From assembly GCA_045806045.1 (NCBI GenBank), contig JBJMKB010000087.1:12277-76276 (forward strand): DNA of 64,000 nucleotides. Reading direction: 5' to 3'. The translations under genes and the position numbers were made by a program. The notes beneath the pieces are model-generated. The model did not search any database and was not told the DNA's origin. It saw nothing but the letters and a program-made list of their open reading frames with translations. Numbering within the stretch: position 1 is the stretch's first letter; the number at the start of each line of letters is the position of its first letter. This DNA is from Gaiellaceae bacterium (GTDB lineage Bacteria; Actinomycetota; Thermoleophilia; Gaiellales; Gaiellaceae). Of this stretch, positions 26,582 to 35,614 are shown in pieces.

Positions 26582-26932
26582 GTGGCGCGCGTGCTGATCT
26601 GTGAGCCCCATGAGGACATCAGCGCTCTCCTGGAGCTGGTGGTGCGCCGCCTGGGCCACGAGCCCATGGTGCACCCGGGCGGCAGCGTCGACGACGTCGA
26701 GGTCGACGCAGCAGTGATCGAGCCGGGCGAGCAGACGGCCTTCGAGCTTGCCCAGGTCCTGCGGGAGCGCGGTGTCCCGGTGCTCTTCGCGAGCATCTAT
26801 CCGGCGGGACCCGAGGCGCTCGAGCTGCGGCCCTCGGCGTACCTCGTCAAGCCGTTTCCGTTGTACGCGCTCGAGCGTGCGCTCGAAGCCGCGCTCGTCG
26901 CCGAGCCGGCACCTGCGGCAGCGGGTATCTGA
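26582..26932 (+). CDS. atypical receiver-like protein (Glu at the phospho-acceptor position)
   Basis: 116 aa; receiver-like pattern RVLICEPHED ... AAVIEPGEQ ... FASIY ... YLVKPF; start GTG 26582 or 26591. Confidence 0.5.
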   Translation: MARVLICEPHEDISALLELVVRRLGHEPMVHPGGSVDDVEVDAAVIEPGEQTAFELAQVLRERGVPVLFASIYPAGPEALELRPSAYLVKPFPLYALERALEAALVAEPAPAAAGI

Positions 26933-26953
26933 GCCATTTAGCATCGCGCCTTC

Positions 26954-28369
26954 GTGCGCGTCACGCTGGCCCTCGTCACGACAGTCGCGCTCACGGCCTG
27001 CGGCGGGCGCGCCGCGCCGGCCCTGCCGGGCGCGCTGCACACGGTGCACGACGTTTCGCCGCCGCGTCTGACGATTCTTCACCCGGCGTCGAGGACGGCG
27101 CCGGGATTGATCTTCGTCGCCGAAAAAGGTGGCAAGGACCGGCCGAGCGGCCCCGTCATCGCCGACAACCGCGGCCGCATCGTCTGGTACCACCAGGTGC
27201 CGCACGGCCTCGAAGCGACGGACTTCCGGGCGCAGACCTACCGCGGCGGGCCTGTCCTCACGTGGTGGCAAGGGACGATCAGCAAGGCGGGGGTCGGGCG
27301 CGGCGAGTACGTCGTGTACGACGACGCGTACCGCGAGTTGCTGACGCTGAAGGCGGGTCACGACCTGGACGGGGACCTGCACGAGTTCCAGCTCACGCCG
27401 CGTGGAACCGCCTACGTCCCCGTCTACCACGAGGTGCCCGCCGATCTGCGCTCCGTCGGGGGACCCCAAGCTGGGTACGTCTACGACAGCGTCGTGCAAG
27501 AGCTCGACCTGCAGAGCGGGGACGTCGTCTTCGAGTGGCACAGCGTCGGACACGTTCCGTTCACGGAGTCGCTGCAGGCGCACCGCGAGCCGGCGAAGCA
27601 CGCGACGAGGAAGCGGCCGCTCGACTACTTCCACGTCAACTCGGTCAAGGATGCGCCGGGCGGGAACATCATCATCTCCGCGCGCAACACGAGCACGCTC
27701 TACCTCCTGCGGCGGGACGGCAGCATCGCCTGGCGCCTCGGCGGTAAGCGGAGCGATTTCGGGCCGCCGGCGGCCGTGAAGTTCCGCTTCCAGCACGACG
27801 CCCACCTACGCGCCGACGGCACGCTTACCCTGTTCGACAACGGTGCGATCCCGAAGCTCGAGCCGTTCACGCGCCCGCTCGTCCTGAAGCTCGACCTGGC
27901 CGCACGCCATGTGTCCGCGGCCAGGGCGTTCGTGCATCCGCAGAAGATCTCGTCGCCGTTCGAGGGCAATCTGCAGACCCTCGACGACGGCGGCGCGCTC
28001 GTGGGGTGGGGTGGGGTGCGCAAGGTGACGGAGTTCACCCCCGACGCGAAGGTGCGGTTCGAGCTGAAGCTGCCCTACGGCGACACGTATCGCGCCTATC
28101 GGCTGCCGTGGAGCGGGCGACCCGGCGGGCGGCCGTCCGTCGCGGTATCCGGCAACCGCGTCTATGCGAGCTGGAACGGGAAGAGCGACATCGCCTCGTG
28201 GGAGGTGCTGACGGGACGCGATGCGGATCACCTGACGCCGAGCGCGCGGCACGACTGGGCGGGTCTCGAGACGGCGATCCGGATCGGGCAGTCGCCCGGC
28301 ACGGTGGCGGTGCGCGCGCTCGACGCGAGCGGGCGCACGCTCGGCGTCTCCGAGACGATCACGCCCTGA
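26954..28369 (+). CDS. arylsulfotransferase (ASST)-family lipoprotein
   Basis: Lipobox LTAC; ASST-type motifs YFHVNSV, IISARNTSTLYLL, WRLGGKRSDF; TAGCAT box 9 nt upstream of the GTG. Confidence 0.7.
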   Translation: MRVTLALVTTVALTACGGRAAPALPGALHTVHDVSPPRLTILHPASRTAPGLIFVAEKGGKDRPSGPVIADNRGRIVWYHQVPHGLEATDFRAQTYRGGPVLTWWQGTISKAGVGRGEYVVYDDAYRELLTLKAGHDLDGDLHEFQLTPRGTAYVPVYHEVPADLRSVGGPQAGYVYDSVVQELDLQSGDVVFEWHSVGHVPFTESLQAHREPAKHATRKRPLDYFHVNSVKDAPGGNIIISARNTSTLYLLRRDGSIAWRLGGKRSDFGPPAAVKFRFQHDAHLRADGTLTLFDNGAIPKLEPFTRPLVLKLDLAARHVSAARAFVHPQKISSPFEGNLQTLDDGGALVGWGGVRKVTEFTPDAKVRFELKLPYGDTYRAYRLPWSGRPGGRPSVAVSGNRVYASWNGKSDIASWEVLTGRDADHLTPSARHDWAGLETAIRIGQSPGTVAVRALDASGRTLGVSETITP

Positions 28370-28378
28370 CACGGCACG

Positions 28379-28404
28379 AAAAAGCCGCCTTTTGCGGCGG
28401 CTTT
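28379..28404. terminator. hairpin between the ASST gene and tRNA-Gln; T-tract only on the minus strand
   Basis: AAAGCCGCC-TTTTGC-GGCGGCTTT. On the minus strand it is followed by TTTTT, so it would terminate tRNA-Gln transcription. Confidence 0.6.
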
Positions 28405-28412
28405 CGGACGAG

Positions 28413-28483
28413 CTGCGGGACTAGGACTCGAACCTAGACTACCGGATTCAGAGTCCGGCGTCCTACCATTAGACGATCCCGCA
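28413..28483 (-). tRNA. tRNA-Gln (anticodon CUG)
   Basis: Minus strand: acceptor TGCGGGA/TCCCGCA, anticodon stem CCGGA/TCCGG with loop CTCTGAA, T-arm CTAGG-TTCGAGT-CCTAG. Confidence 0.9.
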
Positions 28484-28515
28484 GGGCGCCGACATTGTAG
28501 CCGCGCCCGCCGAAA

Positions 28516-29394
28516 TCAGAGGTCCAGCTCGTACAGCGGAACGAGCCGCTTCTCGGCTTCGGTGTCGATATGCGCGATCACCTCGACGTACGGCTCGAGA
28601 CCGGATCCGCGCAGCTTCGCCTTCAACAAGCCATCCACCTGGTAGATGCCGGAGGAGTTGTTCATCGTGATCGAGATTCGGATCGGCTTCGCCTCGCCGT
28701 CGGAGATCACGACCTCCTCGATCGCCGCGGCGGAGAGGGAGTGGATGCCGACGCGTCCGCGCTCGAACGCGATGCGCGAGCGGCCCTGCTCCATGTCGAG
28801 CGCGTCCGCCACGCGCAGGATGCCGGCCTCGAGCGTGAGCGGCTCCCCGTCTGAGCGATGGCTGATGATGCCCTGCAGGACCTCCGACACGACGACGGTC
28901 AGGTCGGGCTCGTCGTAGATGCCGTGCAGGAGCTCGCGCAGCTTCGGCTCCGAGAGGAAGAGGCTGAAGTCCTCGTGTCCGTGGCGATGCACCGACATCC
29001 CGACGCAGTGCGTCAGCGCCGTCAGCGCCACGACGACCTCCGCATCGTCGCGCGTCATCCCGTAGTCGTTGACCATCGCCGGCTCGACGCCGTGCTTCGT
29101 CAGCTGCCGCAGGAGCTTCAGCGCGATGTTCGTCACGATCTGGATGTGGACCCACGAGTGGTCGTTGATCTCCATCCGTACGACGGCGTTGACGTTCGCG
29201 ACGTGCCACCAGCCCTTGATCTGGTCGTCCTTGTTGACGCGCTCGATGACCGTGCGCAGCTTCTTGTTGGCGCGCACCGGAACGCGGATCCGCATCTGCT
29301 TCACCGCTTCGGCCGGAGTCAGCCTCGTCTCGCGCTCGGCCTCCTCCGAGACCGGCTGCTCGATGCGCTTCTCGGTTTGCGGATCGAGTCCCAA
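28516..29394 (-). CDS. HD-domain phosphohydrolase
   Basis: 292 aa; HD-type metal ligands (NDHSWVHIQ ... LTHCVGMSVHRHGHEDF ... RVADALD); TTG start with TATGCT 6 nt upstream. Confidence 0.7.
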   Translation of the reverse strand: MGLDPQTEKRIEQPVSEEAERETRLTPAEAVKQMRIRVPVRANKKLRTVIERVNKDDQIKGWWHVANVNAVVRMEINDHSWVHIQIVTNIALKLLRQLTKHGVEPAMVNDYGMTRDDAEVVVALTALTHCVGMSVHRHGHEDFSLFLSEPKLRELLHGIYDEPDLTVVVSEVLQGIISHRSDGEPLTLEAGILRVADALDMEQGRSRIAFERGRVGIHSLSAAAIEEVVISDGEAKPIRISITMNNSSGIYQVDGLLKAKLRGSGLEPYVEVIAHIDTEAEKRLVPLYELDL

Positions 29395-29400
29395 GGTGAA

Positions 29401-29406
29401 AGCATA
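29401..29406 (-). promoter_or_regulatory. -10-like TATGCT, 6 nt upstream of the TTG start of the HD gene
   Basis: Minus strand CCGCCTATGCTTTCACCTTG. Confidence 0.35.
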
Positions 29407-29414
29407 GGCGGCAG

Positions 29415-29831
29415 ATGGAGGCAGGCACCCTCACCGGCGCGAGCACCGGCGCCCTGACCGCCGCGCGCGCCGGCTTCTGGCGGCGGTTCGCGGCTGCGCT
29501 GATCGACGGGATCCTCCTCGGCATCGTCTCCGGGATTCTGCGAGCGATCCTCGGCGGCTCCGGGACCGGCCTCGGATTCATCGTGGCGATCGCCTACTAC
29601 ACGTACTTCCACGGCTCGACCGGCCAGACGCCGGGCGACGCGGCGCTTTCGATCCGGATCGTCGACAAGCAGACAGGTCAGCCGATCGGCTACGGCCGTG
29701 CCTTCATCCGCTGGCTCGTCTCGATCGTGTCGGGTGCCGTGCTGTTGCTCGGCTACCTCTGGATGCTGTGGGACAGCGAGAAGCAGACGTGGCACGACAA
29801 GGCCGCGAACGACGTCGTCGTGCCGGCCTAG
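29415..29831 (+). CDS. RDD-family membrane protein
   Basis: 138 aa; RRFAAALIDGILLGIV ... WHDKAANDVVV pattern, three TM helices. Confidence 0.75.
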   Translation: MEAGTLTGASTGALTAARAGFWRRFAAALIDGILLGIVSGILRAILGGSGTGLGFIVAIAYYTYFHGSTGQTPGDAALSIRIVDKQTGQPIGYGRAFIRWLVSIVSGAVLLLGYLWMLWDSEKQTWHDKAANDVVVPA

Positions 29832-31630
29832 GCCGCGGTCGACGCCCAGTCGCCGTAGAGCGACGTGTAGAGCCCGCGGCGTGCGATCAGCTCGTTGTGT
29901 GAGCCCTGTTCGACGATCTGCCCATGCTCGAGCACGACGATCAGGTCCGCGTCGCGGATCGTCGACAACCGGTGCGCGATGATGAAGGCGGTCCGCCCGT
30001 AGAGCAGCCGGCGCAGAGCTTGCTCGATCTTGCGCTCGGTGCCGATGTCGACCGAGCTCGTCGCCTCGTCGAGGATCAGGATGCGCGGGTCGGCGAGGAG
30101 CGCGCGGGCGAACGCGACGAGCTGGCGCTGGCCGAGCGAGAGGCGTGAGCCGCGCTCGCCGAGCTCCGTCTCGTAACCATTCTCGAGCCGCTCGATGAAC
30201 TCGTCTGCCCCGACGGCACGCGCGGCCGCGACGATCTCCTCACGAGTCGCCTCGCGGCGGCCGAACGCGAGGTTCTCCGCGACGGTGCCGGCGAAGAGAA
30301 ATCCTTCCTGAGGAACGATGCCGAGCTGCCGGCGGAGCGAGCCTTGGGACACCCGGCGCAGGTCGGTGCCGTCGATCGTGATGGATCCGCCAGTCGGGTC
30401 GTAGAACCGCGCGAGCAGCTTCGCGATCGTCGACTTGCCGGCGCCGGTGTGGCCGACGAGCGCGACCGTCGTTCCCGCTGCGACGTGCAGGTCGATGCCA
30501 TGCAGCACCTCCGGCCCTCGGCCATACGCGAACCGCACGTCGTCGAATGCGACGTCGCCCGCGATCCGGTCGAGCTCCACGGCCTCCTCGGGATCGCGCA
30601 CCTCGGGCTCCTCGTCGAGGAGGTCGGTGATCTTGTCGAGCGCCGCGACGGCGGACAGGAACGTGTTGTACAGCTGCGAGAGCTGCTGCACGGGATCGAA
30701 GAAGTTCGAGAGGTAGCCGAGGAACGCGACGAGGATGCCGATCGAGACCTCGCCGCGGAACGCGAGCCAGCCGCCGTAACCGAGTACCACCGCGGTCGCT
30801 GCCGACGACAGAAAGTCGACGAACGGGAAGTAGAGCCCGTTCAGGACGACCGTCTGCATGTTCGACGCGCGGTAGCGGTCGGTGACGCGATGGAAGTTCT
30901 CCTGCGCGGCGGGCTCGCGCGTGTACGACTGCAGCACGCGCATCCCGGCGATGTCCTCGGCGAGCGTCGCCGTGACGGCACCGAGGGTTTCGCGCACGCC
31001 TCGATACGCGCGTCCGGAGCGTTTGCGGAACATCGCGGTGGCGAGAGCCATGGCGGGCATCACCGTCAGGGAGGCAAGCGCGAGGCGCCAGTCGAGGAAG
31101 AAGAGGACGATCGCGGTGCCGAAGAGCAGCAGCGTGTTCTGGATCAAGGAGGTGACGCCGTCGGTCACGAGCTGGTCGAGTGCCTCCACGTCGTTCGTCA
31201 GCCGGCTGATGATGACGCCGGCACGGTTGCGCTCGTAGAAGCCGAGCGAGAGGCGCTGCAGGTGACGGAAGAGGTTGTTCCGCAGGTCGGCGAGCATCCG
31301 CTCGCCGGTCCAGCCGGTGAAGTAGGTCTGCCCGTACGTGAAGGCGATCCCGAGCACGCCCGCTCCCACGAACGCGACGACGAGCCAACCGAGAAGGTGC
31401 GTGCGCCCGTGGCGTACCTCGTCGATCGCGCGCCCGACGAGGTACGGGGGCGCGAGCGCGACGGCGGTCGCGCCCAGCAGGGAGACGACCGCGAGCGCGA
31501 TCCGCGCCTTGTACGGGCGCGCGAGGCGGTAGAGCGCCCGCAGGCGACGTCTCGTTTGCGCCCACGACCAGTCCTCCACCTGCGGGCGGCCGCCGCGCAT
31601 GAGATGGCTGCCAGGTTGATGGACCCGCAT
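29828..31630 (-). CDS. ABC exporter, fused permease/ATPase (subunit 2)
   Basis: 600 aa; six-TM exporter domain; Walker A GHTGAGKST, signature LSLGQRQ, Walker B ILILDEATS. Confidence 0.9.
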   Translation of the reverse strand: MRVHQPGSHLMRGGRPQVEDWSWAQTRRRLRALYRLARPYKARIALAVVSLLGATAVALAPPYLVGRAIDEVRHGRTHLLGWLVVAFVGAGVLGIAFTYGQTYFTGWTGERMLADLRNNLFRHLQRLSLGFYERNRAGVIISRLTNDVEALDQLVTDGVTSLIQNTLLLFGTAIVLFFLDWRLALASLTVMPAMALATAMFRKRSGRAYRGVRETLGAVTATLAEDIAGMRVLQSYTREPAAQENFHRVTDRYRASNMQTVVLNGLYFPFVDFLSSAATAVVLGYGGWLAFRGEVSIGILVAFLGYLSNFFDPVQQLSQLYNTFLSAVAALDKITDLLDEEPEVRDPEEAVELDRIAGDVAFDDVRFAYGRGPEVLHGIDLHVAAGTTVALVGHTGAGKSTIAKLLARFYDPTGGSITIDGTDLRRVSQGSLRRQLGIVPQEGFLFAGTVAENLAFGRREATREEIVAAARAVGADEFIERLENGYETELGERGSRLSLGQRQLVAFARALLADPRILILDEATSSVDIGTERKIEQALRRLLYGRTAFIIAHRLSTIRDADLIVVLEHGQIVEQGSHNELIARRGLYTSLYGDWASTAA

Positions 31631-33402
31631 TACGCGACCTCCTCCGAGACGAGACCTTCGAGCAGCCCGTGCTCGTAGATCTCGCGGTAGACGTCGTTCG
31701 TCCCCACGAGGTCGTCGTGCCGTCCGCGTGCGACGACCCGGCCGTCGTCGAGGACCACGATCTCGTCCGCGAGCGCGATCGTCGACAGCCGGTGCGCGAT
31801 GATGATCGTCGTCCGTCCTCGCATCGCCTCGAGCAGACCGTCGCGGATCTTCGACTCCGTGGTCGCATCGACCGAGGCGGTCGCGTCGTCGAGGATGAGC
31901 ACGCGCGGGTCGATCAGCAGCGCTCGCGCGATCGCGATGCGCTGGCGCTGCCCGCCGGAGAGGGTGATGCCCCGCTCCCCGATCACCGTGTCATAGCCAT
32001 CGGGGAGCCCGACGATGAACTCGTGCGCCTGCGCGAGGCGTGCCGCGCGCTCGACCTCGTCGTCCGAGGCATCGGGCCGGCCGAACGCGATGTTCTCGCG
32101 CACGGTCGCGGAGAAGAGGAAGGGGTCCTGCGCGATCACGCCGATCTCGCGCCGGAGCGATGCGAGCGTCACGTCACGGACGTCGTTCGCGTCGATCGCG
32201 ACGCGTCCGGCCTGCACGTCGTAGAAGCGGGGCACGAGTGCGGCGAGGGTCGTCTTGCCGGCCCCCGTGTGTCCGATCAGCGCGACCACGCGGCCGGGCG
32301 CGAGCTCGAGGTCGATGTCGTGCAACACCGGGCGGTCGGGGTCGTACCCGAAGGTGACGCGCTCGAACGTCACGCGGCCGGGGCCTGGCGGGAGCTCGCG
32401 CGCGCCGGGCGCGTCGCGGATCTCCTCGGGCTCGTCGATCACCTGGAAGATGCGCTCGCCCGAAGCCGTGGCGCGCTGTGCCTGCCCGATCCACATGCCG
32501 AGCGCGCGGAGCGGCATCACGAGCATCGCGAGATAGAGGTTGAAGCGCACGAACGACGCGAGCGAGAGCGTCCCGTGCACGACCATCCGCCCGCCGATCA
32601 GGAGCACCGCCGCCTGCCCGAGCAGGGGGAGGAAGCTGAGGATCGGGATGTAGAACGCGCGCTGCCTGTTCGCCTTCACGCTCAGTTCGAAGACCTCCTG
32701 GCTGCGGCGCTCGAACTTCGCCTGCTCGGCCGCCTCCTGCGCGAACGACTTCACGACGTGGACGCCGACGATGTTCTCTTCGGCGACCGTCGCGACGTCC
32801 GCCATCTTCTGCTGCACCTCGCGGAGGAGCGGATGCGAGACGTGGCTGTAGCGGTAGGCGACCGCCACGAGCGCGGGCGCGATCGCCATGACAACCAGCG
32901 CGAGCTTCCAGGAGATGACGAAGACGACGATCCCGACGCCGATGATCGTGAAGACGTGCTGGAAGAAGAAGATGAGGCCGTAGCCGAGGAAGAAGCGAAC
33001 GCCCTGCAGGTCGACGGTCGCGCGGCTCATCAGCTGGCCCGTCTGGTGGCGGTCGTAGAAGCCGAACGACAGCCGGACGAGCTTCGCGTAGATCGCCTTG
33101 CGCATGTCCATCTCGACGAACAGCGCCTGCTTGCCGGCGATCAAGCGGCGTCCGGCCATCATCAGCGCTCGCACGACGCCGAGGCCGAGGATCGCAGCGA
33201 CGAGCCATGGCAGGCGGTGCCGCTCGTGGTGGACGAGCGCCGCCGCCACGGAGCCCGTGAGGAACGTCGCGACGAGCACGGCGAGGTCGGAGCCGATCGC
33301 GAGGACGACCGAGAGGAGCATCGACGCGCGGTAGGGCCGGAGGAAGCCGAGCAGACGGACGAAGATCGTGCGGTAACGCGGTGGCGAGGGCGCGTCGGTC
33401 AT
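31630..33402 (-). CDS. ABC exporter, fused permease/ATPase (subunit 1)
   Basis: 590 aa from ATG 33400-33402; GHTGAGKTT, LSGGQRQ, VLILDDATS; its stop shares 1 nt with the start of subunit 2 (TAATG). Confidence 0.9.
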   Translation of the reverse strand: MTDAPSPPRYRTIFVRLLGFLRPYRASMLLSVVLAIGSDLAVLVATFLTGSVAAALVHHERHRLPWLVAAILGLGVVRALMMAGRRLIAGKQALFVEMDMRKAIYAKLVRLSFGFYDRHQTGQLMSRATVDLQGVRFFLGYGLIFFFQHVFTIIGVGIVVFVISWKLALVVMAIAPALVAVAYRYSHVSHPLLREVQQKMADVATVAEENIVGVHVVKSFAQEAAEQAKFERRSQEVFELSVKANRQRAFYIPILSFLPLLGQAAVLLIGGRMVVHGTLSLASFVRFNLYLAMLVMPLRALGMWIGQAQRATASGERIFQVIDEPEEIRDAPGARELPPGPGRVTFERVTFGYDPDRPVLHDIDLELAPGRVVALIGHTGAGKTTLAALVPRFYDVQAGRVAIDANDVRDVTLASLRREIGVIAQDPFLFSATVRENIAFGRPDASDDEVERAARLAQAHEFIVGLPDGYDTVIGERGITLSGGQRQRIAIARALLIDPRVLILDDATASVDATTESKIRDGLLEAMRGRTTIIIAHRLSTIALADEIVVLDDGRVVARGRHDDLVGTNDVYREIYEHGLLEGLVSEEVA

Positions 33403-33488
33403 CGCTCTGAGGGTACCCCGCCCCTTCCGGCTGCTACCGCGTGCCGTGCGGCTTGCGGTCGGGCGGTGCGTGCGCGAAAGAACACGGT

Positions 33489-34091
33489 CTACAGCCGGGC
33501 GAGCTCGACCCGTACGAGCGCGACCGCGGCTGCGACGCGTTCGCGGTTTGCCGGCAGGTTCAACCAGCTGCTTGCGCCCGATGGGTGGGGCAGGGGAATC
33601 GCGATCGCGCCTCCGATCTCGTAGCGCACGCCGACGCACTCGGTCACGCTCTTGATCCCGAGAAGCCGCCGCGCGGCGAGCCCGCCGACGGTCACGACCA
33701 GCCGGGGGCGGAGCAGACGGAATTCCTGGTCGCGCCAGAACTCGCACAGCCGCTGCTCCTCGGGGGAAGGGGTGCGATCGCCGCGGCCGGACGGCGCTCG
33801 ACCCGGGTAGCACCGCGTGACGGACGCGCAGTAGAAGGCGGCGTAGAACTCGTCCTCGTCCATCTCGAGCCAGCGCCGGAGCGTCTTTCCCGCTCGGCCG
33901 CGCCATGGCCGCCGTTCCTGGCCCTCGACGATCCCCGGCGCCTGCCCGAGCATGTACGCGCGCTGTCCCTCTCCGGGTGCGATCACCGGCATGGACTCGA
34001 GGGGATACCCGGCTTCGACGCACGCCCGGCAGATGCTCTGGTCGCGCTTCAGCGATCGCAGCGACCGGTAGCTCGAGCGCCGCCTCGTCAC
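33489..34091 (-). CDS. uracil-DNA glycosylase superfamily protein
   Basis: GQAPG motif and C-terminal HPSGAS motif; start GTG 34089-34091 in GTGA overlap with the methyltransferase stop. Confidence 0.7.
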   Translation of the reverse strand: MTRRRSSYRSLRSLKRDQSICRACVEAGYPLESMPVIAPGEGQRAYMLGQAPGIVEGQERRPWRGRAGKTLRRWLEMDEDEFYAAFYCASVTRCYPGRAPSGRGDRTPSPEEQRLCEFWRDQEFRLLRPRLVVTVGGLAARRLLGIKSVTECVGVRYEIGGAIAIPLPHPSGASSWLNLPANRERVAAAVALVRVELARL

Positions 34092-34678
34092 AGAGCAGCG
34101 CGCACGACCACGAACCAGCGTCCGGCGTGGAGCACTGCGCCGCCGAGCTCCGACGCGAGCTCCTCCGGTTCGAACACCCGCTTGAACACCTGCCACTTCG
34201 ACCCGTCCTCGAGCACGCGCTCTTCCCAGCGCGATTTCTCCTCGCCGGACTCGGCGTGGCTCCCGATCACGACCAGCTCGTTCGCGTCGCGCCGCGCCTC
34301 GGCGAGGAAGCGCAGACGGTCGGCTTCCTCGAGGTGGCAGTAGAAGTAGGTGGTGAAGATGCGGCCGAAGGCGTCGTTCGGGAATGGGAGCTCGAGTGCG
34401 TCGCCTCGGACGAACGTTGCCTTCGGCATCCGTGCGCGCGCGACGTCCAGCATCCGCGCGCTCTGGTCGAGCCCGATGACGTCGCCGCCGAGATGCTGGG
34501 TCAGGAAGCCGGTGCCGCACGCCACGTCGAGCGTGCGCGTCGGCGGGAGCGACGAGATCAGCGACGCGAGCTCGGCGAGCTCGTCCCCCCAACCGGGGCG
34601 CTCGCGGTCGGAGTAGAGGCCGCGTCCGAGCCACCAGTCGTCGTACTCAGGCGCCCGCGTGTCGTAGTACTCCTTCAC
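34088..34678 (-). CDS. class I SAM-dependent methyltransferase
   Basis: Motif I LDVACGTGFLT; start GTG 34676-34678, 7 nt after TACTCT. Confidence 0.8.
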   Translation of the reverse strand: MKEYYDTRAPEYDDWWLGRGLYSDRERPGWGDELAELASLISSLPPTRTLDVACGTGFLTQHLGGDVIGLDQSARMLDVARARMPKATFVRGDALELPFPNDAFGRIFTTYFYCHLEEADRLRFLAEARRDANELVVIGSHAESGEEKSRWEERVLEDGSKWQVFKRVFEPEELASELGGAVLHAGRWFVVVRAAL

Positions 34679-34684
34679 CCCTCG

Positions 34685-34691
34685 TAGAGTA
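34685..34691. promoter_or_regulatory. overlapping divergent -10-like boxes (TAGAGT for ftcD-like, TACTCT for the methyltransferase) in an 18-nt spacer
   Basis: Plus strand TAGAGT 34685-34690, 6 nt to GTG 34697. Minus strand TACTCT (rc of 34686-34691), 7 nt to GTG 34678. Confidence 0.4.
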
Positions 34692-34696
34692 CGGCC

Positions 34697-35569
34697 GTGT
34701 TGCCTCTCGAGTCGGTTCCGAACTTCAGCGTCGGACGCGACCCCGCGACGATCGACGCGATCGGCACGGCGCTCGCTGCGCATGCTCGGCTGCTCGACGT
34801 GCACGCGGACGGGGATCACAACCGCTCGGTCTTCACGCTCGTCGGCTCCGAGGGCGAGCTCTCCGATGCGCTCGTTGCCGGCATCCGGGTCGCGACTGAG
34901 CGCATCGACCTGCGCAAGCACGACGGTGCGCATCCACGAATCGGTGCCGCCGACGTGGTGCCGATCGTTCCGCTACGTCCGGACGATTGGGAGCGGGCGG
35001 TGCGTGGCGCGCGCGCGATCGGCGCGCGCATCGCGACTGAGCTCGGGTTGCCGGTATTCCTGTATGCGCCGCCGGAGCGCGGGCCGGCGTACTACCGGCG
35101 CGGCGGCCCGACCGGACTGCAGCAGCGGATCGCGGACGGAGAGCTCGCCCCCGACTTCGGCCCGCCGCAGCTGCACGAAAGCGCCGGTGGCGTGATCGTC
35201 GGAGCGCGTCGTCCGCTGATCGCGTTCAACGTCAATCTTCGCGGCGATGTGCAAGCCGCGCGCGCGATCGCGGCCGTCGTGAGGGAGAAGGGCGGAGGGT
35301 TCCCCGGCGTACGCGCGCTTGGCCTCGACCTGCCACGGGCCGGAGTGGTGCAGGTGTCGATGAACGTGGAGGATTGGGAGGCGGCCGCGCTGCACGAGAT
35401 CGTCGAGCGCATCGAACGGGAGGCGCACGCGCACGGTGCTGAGGTGGTCGGATCGGAGCTCGTCGGCCTGATGCCTGCCGGTGCAGCAGCGGCGGCAGCA
35501 GGCGCGGTCCTCAGGATCGACGGCTTCGACCAGACTCGCGTGCTCGAGCTGCACCTGCTCGACGACTAG
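34697..35569 (+). CDS. glutamate formimidoyltransferase (FTCD N-domain-like)
   Basis: 290 aa; family N-terminus LESVPNFSVGRD, HADGDHNRSVFTLVG, GAHPRIGAADVVP. Confidence 0.85.
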   Translation: MLPLESVPNFSVGRDPATIDAIGTALAAHARLLDVHADGDHNRSVFTLVGSEGELSDALVAGIRVATERIDLRKHDGAHPRIGAADVVPIVPLRPDDWERAVRGARAIGARIATELGLPVFLYAPPERGPAYYRRGGPTGLQQRIADGELAPDFGPPQLHESAGGVIVGARRPLIAFNVNLRGDVQAARAIAAVVREKGGGFPGVRALGLDLPRAGVVQVSMNVEDWEAAALHEIVERIEREAHAHGAEVVGSELVGLMPAGAAAAAAGAVLRIDGFDQTRVLELHLLDD

Positions 35570-35602
35570 GCGACCGGTGGGAGGGTTCCCGACCGCCAGG
35601 GC

Positions 35603-35608
35603 TAGACT
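35603..35608 (+). promoter_or_regulatory. -10-like TAGACT, 6 nt upstream of the hutH GTG
   Basis: GCTAGACTCGGCGCGTG. Confidence 0.35.
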
Positions 35609-35614
35609 CGGCGC

